Origin: Hydrolagus affinis
Lineage: Eukaryota
Assembly: GCA_012026655.1 (NCBI GenBank)
Contig: JAAILG010000396.1
Location: 1 to 64,000, forward strand
Direction of reading: 5' to 3'
DNA: 64,000 nucleotides
The position numbers and the translations under genes are program-made. The notes beneath the pieces were generated by a model. It made no database searches and was not told the DNA's origin. It was given only the letters and a program-made list of their open reading frames with translations. Shown piece by piece: positions 53,735-64,000 of the stretch. Numbering within the stretch: position 1 is the first letter of the stretch; each line of letters starts with the position of its first letter.

Positions 53735-53960
53735 CAACAACAACAACAAAATTACATTTATATTGCGCCTTTCACATCAGAAGGACGTCCCAAGCCACTG
53801 AACAGTTAAGTTGGGACCTGAGCAAGGGGTTGGGGTAGGGGGAAGGAGAGTAGGGAGAGTTAGGAGGGGAGCAGAAGGCACGGTCGAAGTGGCCTTGAAG
53901 GCGGAAAGGGAAGAAGCAAGGCGAAGGATTGCTGGATGAACTTCCAGAGTGTGGGGGTCA
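53735..53960 (-). mobile_element. L2 3' fragment
   Basis: (CAA)n tail, stem-loop, translation ILRLASSLSAFKA; same subfamily as 1979-2446. Confidence 0.85.
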
Positions 53961-54014
53961 AATGTAGTAAGCAAACATGACCGCCGATTTGAACAACAAG
54001 GTCCCATGAATAGT

Positions 54015-54318
54015 CATGAAGTGAATGACCAATTTAGCTGGAGAATTATTGGCCAGGACACCAGGATGCCAGAAACTCTCTTCTCTTTTCCAATACTGTC
54101 GGAGCATCTTCAATTTCCATCTGAACAGGCAGGCGGAGCCTAGATTTGAACATCTTCATCTGAATAACAGTACCTGCTATGAAGCTATGCTCATTCCCCC
54201 AGAAATGCGCTTGCTGGGAGTGTCAACCTGGCTATGAGCTCAGTACCCCAAATGAGGCTTTAATCCATACTCATTTGAGCCAAGGAGGAATGTGTTACCA
54301 ACTGAACTAAGCTGATAC
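54015..54318 (-). mobile_element. SacSINE1-like SINE
   Basis: attggccaggacaccagga..atcttcaatttccatctgaacaggcag..gagtgtcaacctgg..accaactgaactaagctgatac. Confidence 0.72.
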
Positions 54319-57300
54319 CTAATATTCATTAAAACATTTGAAAACACACCCCATATATATCAACTCTCCATATATTTACCACAGCTTGGTTGACCACAGA
54401 AGTGATTAACAGGCATGTTTTGCTCACCTTAGGGATTAGAGTTCTTCAATGGCAATCATTCAATTTTGCCAGATAGATATCATTGTTCTAAACTTAGCCC
54501 AATACTAATATGTTTTTAGTTTGGGTCCTTTCTTTTCCGAAGTCTCTCTCAGTCCTTTTTTCCTTTTAGAACCTTAAAACCTAATGGTCTCCCAAAGATA
54601 AACGTAAATTGGCGTTGCCTCAGGAAATTGCTTCAACATTTAAGTTTGTGGAAACCCTGAAGTCATTCCAATTATACTTCTTTTAAAGCCTTTAATTGCA
54701 GTAACCTAGTTACTGACTCTCAGTTGGAGTATACAGATATTACAATTGAAGTACATTGTTAGTGGAGTAGCAGAGTAGCACATATTTTTCTTATTCAAAA
54801 AGGTAAATTGAAAAGGGGTGACGTCAATGCAACTGATGGGAACTCTACAGCGAGAATTTAGCTTTTAGCCAGAAGTAAAATATGCTATAATTATTAGAAC
54901 TGCAATTAAGCTTTCCACACTGCTTCTCCTATTGATTTATTACAGGAAAATAACCTGGAATTTAACGCTTAAAATTAGATACTAAATGATGGGGTATTAC
55001 TTGTTTTGATTGACGCTATTAAACAGCGTAACTTGTACTAAAACCTATACGGTGTGGAATTTTTTTCCTCAGGCAGTCTACGACACTTGCTTTAAATCAT
55101 CCAGCACTAGACACAAATTTATGACAGTTTAGATTACCATCTACAACAAAATATTCCCACCTCATGTCCCATGTGTAGCAAGGGAACACTTCCAAAGTTA
55201 ATGGGGAATTCACTACAATACACTGTCTATATGGTGGGATTCTGAGTTTAGTTTTAACCTTCTAAGCAATCCCTAGAATCGACACCTTGCCAGGAAGAAT
55301 GAAATAAACCAAAGCATCCTGGAATGCTTTCAAAACTAGCTATTAAACTGGATTAACAGGCTGAGCACCCATCTAATCTTCCAAGACCCTGACAGTTTTA
55401 GGTTTTAGAAACCAGGCTATTGCATAATATCTCCTAACTCCGACCATAATTATTTTGTTTGAAGTCTATAAAGCTTTTTTGCCAAATGAAAACATTGTAA
55501 CATAGTAAAATAATTCAACACACCCTTAACTGGGCAGAATTCTGTTTTAGTTAAACGTGTTTCTGTTGCACAAAGTTTGTTTGTTTGTTTTAATCACCAC
55601 AGCCTGATAGATTCACCCATTAATAGGAAAAGACAGATGCATTAACACAACAACAACAAAATTACATTTGTATAGCACCTGTCAAGTCGGGAGGACATCC
55701 CAAGGTGCTGGACAATCGATGTTTCAGAAAAAATAACAGTGATCCTTTCAGTTGCATTTCACATCAAGAGCACGTCTCAAAGCGCTTCACAGTTTTTTTT
55801 ACTGTAAAGAGAAGTGACTGTGTATTTGTAGGAAAATAGTACATCTACTGAAAGAAACAGGTAGAAAATTGTTGAATACAGATGTGAAAAATACTGCCAT
55901 TATTTTCTCTTTCTGTTTCCTGGTGGATCCCCTCACCTCAAATTTGAGGGTAAACAGTGAAAAGCCACTGGTCCACTCACAGAATGTGCATCCTGCCTGC
56001 TCGCTTAAGTGGCATTGATGTTGTGCCCAGTTCAAATTGTGTTAGTGGTAAAATGACACAGCGCAGAAGTGAAGGGAGCAGATATACGGATGTGCAGGAA
56101 CATAGGATTTCTATTAAAAAAACTCATCGTATATTATTTGTAGACTATGCGCTACTATAATCAGAAGGATTTATGTCTGAGAGCACATCCAGTAGCCACA
56201 AAAATACTATACTCTTCAATCTCAGGTCAATACTGTTACAATGCTATTAATTTTTCTTAGTGAGTGCAATAGAAAGGCTGCAGATATTTATGCATCACCA
56301 TGAAGTAGGACCCTGCTTTCTAAATCAATATTTCTTGGGAGGACAGGGTAATTATAGACATGTTTAACAAATTCAGCAAAGTCTACAGATTTCACTATTT
56401 GTAGTCGAAAGATCACAAAAATAGCCAATAGACTAATTTGCTGTTCTCCTCTGGATCCATGGGGAAATGGAAGGATTTATCTTTCAATTTACAACCGCAA
56501 GCACATGAATGTGATTCACGCCTCTGAACGTCTGCTCATGTGTTATTTCTAGGGATCCTTCAAAAGATTGGTCACAATGCACTGCAGTAGGAACGTAACT
56601 CGTCTGACAAAGGTTACCACCTCCTCCACGATTCATCATCGATTTCCATTGCATGTAACCACTAAAAATACAATTTTTGCAATTTAACACGCTCTTTTTA
56701 AGCGTACCTTACTATTTATTGTGTGTAACAATTGTTACCGTAGTCTTTTGGAGCTATATATATATATAAAAGAATGAGGATAAGCCTTCTCTGAAGCTTG
56801 TAACTGTCTGACCAGACATCCTTTATTCCGATACATTGATACCTGCTCCGACTGCTAAGACTCAGCTAATGGTTCATTCTCAAGAAGATTATCAGGTGAA
56901 GTGGTTCTGTGCTTACAAGTGACTTCAGGTTAATCCTGAGTTACAAAGGTTGGATAGTTGGAACTACTGTAGGGGATACTCAATTAATTGGTGCAAGAGT
57001 TTTTTTTTGTACATAAATCATCACGGTCACCATCGGTCGCTATTTTATTATTATTGCATTTGGGGGTGGGGGAGATGCAATTAGATCTGGTGAAGCAACT
57101 TCCTGTACTCAGATCTGCACATGCTCAGATTCATGTTGCCCTGCTGATCATGTTGAGGTCACTTCCTGTCAATCATTTTAGGACAGTTGCGCAGACATAA
57201 CCTTCTAACATTATCTTGTGAAGTCAGCTGCAGCAAGAGATCGAGCTATAGCCTTTTGAGTAGCTGAATGAGGCCTATTGTTACGGCATGAATGGAGCTT

Positions 57301-57748
57301 TCTAATCAGCATTAACTCGCCTGAGTCCAAACTGCGTTAGGCTGCTGCTAGTTGGTTCAAAATGGTGCAAACAAAAGCATCTCTGCCCTCACCTAGCTGA
57401 GCCCGATTAAACATAGAATCAATTGAAACAAGACATTCAAAAGAAAACCACCACACGCACCATCTGTGCAAAATACATTTGCCTCCCTCTTTCTAAGTTA
57501 ACTATTGAAAAAAAAACCTCAACGGTATTACTTTATAACAATTGCTCATACACTGCCTGGTGGAATAATTTTTGATACTGATATTGATTCCAAAGCTGTC
57601 TCATGTGACAGCGCTGCACTGAATCAAGTGTATTTCAGAAAGGTTTAGATTTCAGACTTACTGTCATAAGTAGCCAACAGATTGAGCAGCCTAGTAAGTG
57701 TCAGTGTAACATATACCATCAAAGTTAGCAGCAGGTTATAGTACTGAT

Positions 57749-58046
57749 GAATAATAATCTTTGCATTTGATGTCGCGCTTTCCACGTCTTCTAGACATCT
57801 CAAAGCGCTTCACAGAATATACTGTAAAGTGAATTGACTGTATATTTGTGGCAAAATGCTGCAGCCAATTGCACACAGCAGTGTCCCACAAACAGTCACG
57901 ATTGAGTGCCAAAATTTTTTTTTTTTTTTAGGGATTATTGTTAGGCGTGTAGAGTAAGGAAACTTGTCCAAGGTTTCGCCCTGCCTGTAATCAATCCCAG
58001 GTCTCTTGCTTGTGAGGCAAGTGCTCTAATCACTGAGCTACAGGAC
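57749..58046 (-). mobile_element. Full-length SINE family A
   Basis: Tail ataataatctttgcatttga to head cactgagctacagga. Confidence 0.9.
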
Positions 58047-58719
58047 TTATGGCTTTAAGTCTGATTGCTACCCGTCACTGAGAGTGCCCTGACTGCAGGC
58101 AGAGGAAGGGGTTGTTCTAGTCTCAGCAGGCCTGCTGGAGGCAACATCAGACACAAACAAAGCATTCTGTCTCAGGGAGGGGAGAACCTGGCAGGGACAT
58201 GGCAGCCTACACCTCACTAAAGCCAAATACCACTGTCCCAACAACAACAACAAATTACATTTGTACAGTGCCTTTCATGTCGGAAGGCATCCAATTCTCC
58301 CAGGGTGGGTAGAAAGATAACTGTACCAAGGTACCCACTAAAATGAAAATGGGAAAATATAAATACAGAAAAAAACATTTTCAATACAATCCATTTTCTC
58401 TTTAAATGATTTTTGAACAGAAATCAATGCAACTTACAGTTCAATGACATGATTTGAAGCAGCAATCTAAATCCAGCAGGAGCTAGGGAGGCATTGGACT
58501 GACCAGTTATGTCTACACGTTTCGCCCACAAAATATACAGTCAATTCGTTTCACAGTATATTCTGTGAAGGCGCCGTATCCAATGCAAGAATTATTATTA
58601 TTACACTGAATCTAATTTAGCACAGTGGATCCACAGAAATGAGAGCTGGCATCCATGCACCACTGAACAATGGAGAGCCAACGTTACTTCTACACCCAGA
58701 GTGCTTCAGCTTGACATAT

Positions 58720-59095
58720 AAATAGAAACACATAGGATCACAAGAGAGATTTGGATAAAGAAGGCCCTTTGCTCCCACTTGATCTTAAAGTTCCATAACA
58801 TACTCCCATTACAGCAAAAAGTTTTTCTATAAAACTGGTTCAGCTTTCTAATCTCAACCACCCTACCTGGAAACCTGTTCCAGTCGTTAAATACCCTCAG
58901 TGAGGAGATAAAGAAAAAGGGTGAAGAAATACTTTGCAGCCCTTCTGTTCCTCTGTAGTGGGGCATCAAAAACTATTACTGTGTGTTTAACTTTCTCAAT
59001 CTCATATAAAATCTTGTGTACCTCTACAAGGTCCCCTCTGAGACATCTCCTTTCAGTACTGAAGGCACGTTGGCTCTCACAGTCTCATCAATGTA
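58720..59095 (-). mobile_element. CR1 LINE 3' fragment
   Basis: Minus-strand peptides RCLRGDLVEVHKIL and LRVFNDWNRFPGRVVE match CR1 ORF2 C-terminal motifs. Confidence 0.82.
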
Positions 59096-61239
59096 AAACA
59101 GTTTGACATTTTGTGTAAACAGGACTTATCTGATTTTCCTGAGTTCTTGTGTCCACTTATGAGTTTAACCACGATGAGAACTGCATCTTTTGTACAGCAC
59201 ACTCTGTACCTCCACAATTTATTATTTGGCATCTACATCAGTAGCTTGTAATTCTGCCAGCCTGGACTCAGTTCCCAGTAAAATGTTCCTGTCAATGACT
59301 CAATAACACTCTACTGGTTTGATTGAACTTCATTGTGTGTGTTCTGATTTGTAAAGCAACTCTTGCCGTCACTAAAGGTGAAACATCCATTATGTAGCCA
59401 GCTAAACAATACCTCAAGGTACAGGACCATTTAAATGTTCTTTTCTTTTCAATCCGCAGAAGGGTTTCCATGAATTTCCTCCTTGTGGTTTCCCGTAATC
59501 AAATGACGGTTTTAGGCTAGGGAATCCGATTCTGGCCAGACCGGGTATAAAAGTATTCACAGGTTGTGCAAGGTCAAGAAAAATGAAATTTACTAAAAAC
59601 AAATAGTTTCACGAGTCAACCATAGCAATCACCTTTTTAATATGGGGTGCACTACAAAACAATTAACAACATGCAAACTGGCAGACTTGCTGAAAATAAA
59701 AGGTTGTCTTTCTATAAGGCTGTAGTTTATAGATGGCATCAAGAATTAATTGCTGTTAATGCTGTTTGAAAAGTGAGTTAAATCCAAATTGGACTGGATT
59801 TATTGTGTCAATTACAAGTTGCGCTCAGAGAATATCGGATTGTGAAATTGGCAGCGAGATTCGGGATCGCCATATCCCAAGTTGGCAAAGGATGGAGAAC
59901 CAAACAGTCCATTGTTGTTCTGCAAACGTCAAAGGAAATGCACCTTAAGAGCTTTAAGTAAACATTGCATTTAGTTTTTGTACTGAACTGTTGACTTCTT
60001 GAGGTTAACTTCCCAATGCATCATTGCTTATCCCACTCACTGTGAGATCAAGTGAGAGTATGACCCCCTTATCTTTAAGCTACCATATGTTTTGCTCCCA
60101 TTCGAAATACATGCAACTTTTCACCCTTTACCATCCATTTATAAAATTTTAAATTAAAACCCGCCCTTTTTCCATGGCCCATTCTCTCCGTCTTCTTGAT
60201 TTTTTTAATAATCGAAAATATTCTTGCTGTTTGCTGCAACACGGCTTTCATTTGCCAGCGTTTATTTATAAAATGAATATTGACAACATTCTCTGAGGCG
60301 TAAAAGATGTTCCCCAGCGCATTTTGTATTGAAGTAAAAATAAACAGTAACATCTGCAGCCCAAACTGGTAAATGCTGTATATAGAAAGAAACCCTTTTT
60401 TAAAAAAAAACTAAACACCATCTGCAATCATGCTCAGATCTTTTTAGTGCATATAAATAGCCCTTTGTACCATTTCCTTACATGCAACACGCTTTCTTTA
60501 CCAGAACACACCAGCCTCTGTGGGCAATCGTTTCCCCGTAGTGTTTCAGACACAGCTATATAAGGACAATTTGCATATTCTACAACCCCCAACTCACACA
60601 ATGCTGCCACAAATTAATCCTCTAGGACTAATAACTAAACACTGTTTTCCTTCACTTCCAAAACAGTTCTGCATTTTAAAACATATCGCAAGACTAATGG
60701 GGAGGGCAGTTACAATTCCATACACTAACACCTTTAGAATGCTCTGCTGCCTGCCTTGCAGCATATAAATAACATTCTTGTGACATGCTATCATTTTGGT
60801 TAAAGTGAAAGGCGCTGTACAAATGTAATTTGTTGTTGTTGTTAAAGCTGTGTGTCAGAAGGTACATTACCGAAAAAATTTCACCTCTCACTGAAAATCA
60901 ATAATGCCTTGAAATCTTAAAACAGCTTAAAATATCAATCACACTTCCCCCAACAAATATATCGTAAACAGTCCTTTCAATGCTTTCTTAAAATGCACAC
61001 CTCGGAATTTCAATTTCTTCCACCCTCCCCGCAACCTCTATCAAGAAAGGCACATTTCAATGATTCATTGATAGGCACAGCAAAATGTTGCAAATCCATT
61101 GGGCCATATTACTTACTATTCCATGCCTGAGAAAGACATGGAAATTTTGATTTGTGGCAGTGAACCAGATTTTTTTTTGGTGGGGGATTGGGGGACCATG
61201 GGCAAATAAATGGAACAAACAAGGAAACATAATATACAG

Positions 61240-61620
61240 CTTTTGCCCACAAATTATACAATCCATTCACTTTACAGTATATTCTGGGACGTCTAAATGA
61301 TGTGATAAGTAGCTATATCAAATAATAATAATAATCCTTGCATTTGATGTAGTGCTTTTCATGTCTTCTAGACGTCTCAAAGTGCTTCACAGAATATACT
61401 AAAAAATGAATTGACTCTATATATGTTGTCAAAACGGGACAGCCAATTGCGCACAGCAGTGTCCCACAACAGTCGTGGGTTGAAATGACTGATATATTAT
61501 CGCTTTTTTTTTTAGGGATTATTATTAGATGTGTGGAGTAAGGAAACTTGCCCAAAGTTTCACCCTGCCTGGAATTGAACCCAGGTCTCTCTCTTATAAG
61601 GCGAGTGGCTACAGGACTCC
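61240..61620. mobile_element. Two family A SINEs tail-to-tail (+ tail fragment 61240-61322; - near full-length 61322-61620)
   Basis: gctatatcaaataataataataatccttgcatttgatgtag junction. Confidence 0.85.
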
Positions 61621-62856
61621 ACAAATGTAAGGATTATTTCTACAAAAAAATACAGTGAAGCAGAATTTTGGTCACAAAACCTCCATTCCCAATTTCCAGA
61701 TACTGTGAGTTTTTACCAATTTAGGGACACCTCATCATACGTCATGTGTTGGTCGGGAACAAATGAGGTTGCAGTGAATATTATTTGTTTACTCACGAGC
61801 ACTATCATATGCCAGATTCTTTTAGTCATATTGCATTGCACATACAAAGTACACAGTCACTACAATTTACAATGAAAACCCGTGAAGTGCTTTGAGAATC
61901 CCAGGATATGAAAGAAATCATATCAATTGCAAGAACATGCATTATTAATTATTATTATTATTATTTATTATTCTTTGACCTGCAGGATCAATTAGACCTG
62001 CCAGCAGAATCAATTCAGAAAGTTATTTTTTCTTAAATTGACATGGGTAAGACGTTAGAAAATAGGGATTTAATAGATAATGCTCTGGAAACATAATGGA
62101 AGATTTTTTGTTGACATTGTTGAATTTCTTTCATAAAAAGGAAAAAAAAACTTTCTTCCACAGTTTCCCTACCCCTCCAATTCTCTTCCGCGGGTTTTAT
62201 GTTTTTGTTTTTCCACCATGCAGTTTGAATTTGACAACAAATGCAAAGCAATGAATCTGTATTTTTAAAAACAAATAGAAATGCCAACTCAACTCTCTCC
62301 CCTTCTCCCCCAACAAGGGAGCATCAGCCAAACTCATCTCCAGTCATGAGGAAACACAGTCACTCAGGCTTGCCTTTTAGTTTAAGTAACAACCGTAGAG
62401 ACATAGCAAAATGCCTCTTGTCTTGTGAAAACAGTGTTAATAGAGGCTTTGTGGAAAAGTAAGGATAGGTAAAAGTTCACTGACGGTTGGAAATTTACTG
62501 GTGGTTGGAGATCACAGTAGCCAATACAACTATTGTTTCACTGTTTTAAAGAGAGAGTAAGCAAGCAAGTAAAAGTACCAAAAGACCTTGAATTGCGAAG
62601 AGAAACAGACTGGACAGTCCCATTATGAGGTTGCTCTACATCAGCAAACATTTCACTCGGTGCTGAGTATAATAAATTGAGGAGAAGCAGGTTGCTCAAG
62701 AGAGAATCCCAGTGGGAATGTAGTGTGCTTCAAGGAAATGTATTGCACTTAAAGAGACTTACTTTCCAGTGGGCTAAATAGTAAGAATAGTCAACACAGA
62801 CGGGTGGCAGAACATATCCAAGGCTGTATCTATGAAATGATTTCCATCCTACAAAC

Positions 62857-63650
62857 GTCAGCCTGGCTCAGTTGGTATCATCCAAAACTCTGCTGCCCAC
62901 ATACTCACCCGCACCAAACTTCACTCCCCCATTACCCCAGTCCTTGCCAAACTTCACTGGCTCCCTATCCCCGAGAGGATCGACTTCAAGATCCTCACCC
63001 TTCTTTTCAAATCCCTCCACTCTTCTGCACCCCCCCTACCTATCTGACCTCCTCTCGCCTCAAACCAGCTCCCGTTGCCTTTGCTCCACTGGGTCTGGCC
63101 ACTTCCATGTCCCCCGAATCCTCCGCTCTACCCTCGGCGGCCGTGCCTTCAGCCACTATGCCCCAAGGCTCTGGAATTCCCTTCCTCACTCCCTTCGCCT
63201 CGCCCAACTCTTTTCTCAGTTTCAGGTCCCAGCTGAAGACCTTTCTCTTCGACCGCGCCTTTGGTCACCTTTCTACCCTTGCCCTTGGCTTGGTCCCGGG
63301 ATCCGCTATTGCGAAGCGCTCTGAGACGCTGTCCGGTATGGAGGGCACTATATAAATCAAAGTTGTTGTTGTTGTATCATTCTCACCTCTGAGTGAGGAC
63401 ATTGTGGGCTCAAGCCCCATGTCTGGACTCACATAGTCCAGGCTGCATTGTTTGAGGTGCCTTCCATCAGATGAGATATTAAAATGACACATCCCAGCTA
63501 ACAATCCCCAGATAAAATGTTATCATCAGTTCTGTGGCTGTTTGTGAGATATTGCTTTGTGGAAATTCACTGCCAACAAAATACAGTCACTACACTTTAA
63601 ATGAATTCTGCATAGCTCTTTGAAACATCCTCCTGATGTCAAAAGGTGCT
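62857..63650 (+). mobile_element. SacSINE1-like SINE split by an L2 insertion
   Basis: gtcagcctggctcagttggtatcat [L2] tctcacctctgagtgaggacattgtgggctcaagcccc. Confidence 0.75.
62882..63373 (+). mobile_element. 5'-truncated L2 LINE with 7-bp TSD
   Basis: Peptides QNSAAHILTRTKLHSPITPVLAKLHWLPIPERIDFKIL, PYLSDLL..LGGRAFSHYAPRLWNSLP, FRSQLKTFLFDRAF; GTATCAT at 62875-62881 and 63374-63380. Confidence 0.93.
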
Positions 63651-64000
63651 TTATTCCTTTGTTGTTGGACGTTGGATTGGATTTTTGACTCATTGCTTTC
63701 CAAATCTAAAATTATCCAAATGTTCTTGGATAAATTGTTTAAACATTGTGAAATGATTATATTACTATACTGCCATTTCCTTTTCAAAAGAACAAAGCCC
63801 AGTTAATTTAATAATCTAGTGGTATGGACTTTAAGAACAATAAAGTGATCAGTTCACAAGGATATCCTGAATCCCAGATGACATGCCTGGAAATGGGAGG
63901 AACCCTGCTTCTCTGGCAAGGTTACAGGCAGCTTTTAGTCACCCCTGCAGCAATGAACACTTTATGTCTCTTGACACAAAATTTGCATTGTTTGCATGTA

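Noticed and set aside
29-63787. Most ORFs in the six-frame track
   Set aside because: Short, many with TTG/GTG starts, low-complexity or antisense to repeats; no recognisable domains apart from L2/CR1/Tigger remnants

Overview
AT-rich (roughly 38-40% GC by eye), CpG-poor, repeat-strewn eukaryotic DNA with no recognisable protein-coding gene. It reads as a large vertebrate intron or gene desert. The repeats point to a cartilaginous fish, possibly a chimaera (inference): SacSINE1/DeuSINE-like SINEs, a tRNA-Ala-headed SINE, L2 LINEs with (TTG)n tails, old CR1 fragments, Penelope-type fragments and Tigger/pogo MITEs. Most listed ORFs are noise; the informative ones are L2/CR1 ORF2 C-termini and a Tigger transposase N-terminus. 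The standout is a pair of ~740-bp Tigger-like MITEs (20341-21077 and 31300-32038), each with an internal ~200-bp fold-back. The second copy carries about 40 A-to-G changes, all on the + strand and confined to the paired arms. This looks like an ADAR-type hyper-editing signature fixed in the genomic DNA of a DNA transposon. All alignments and counts were done by hand, and repeat family names are recalled, not searched.
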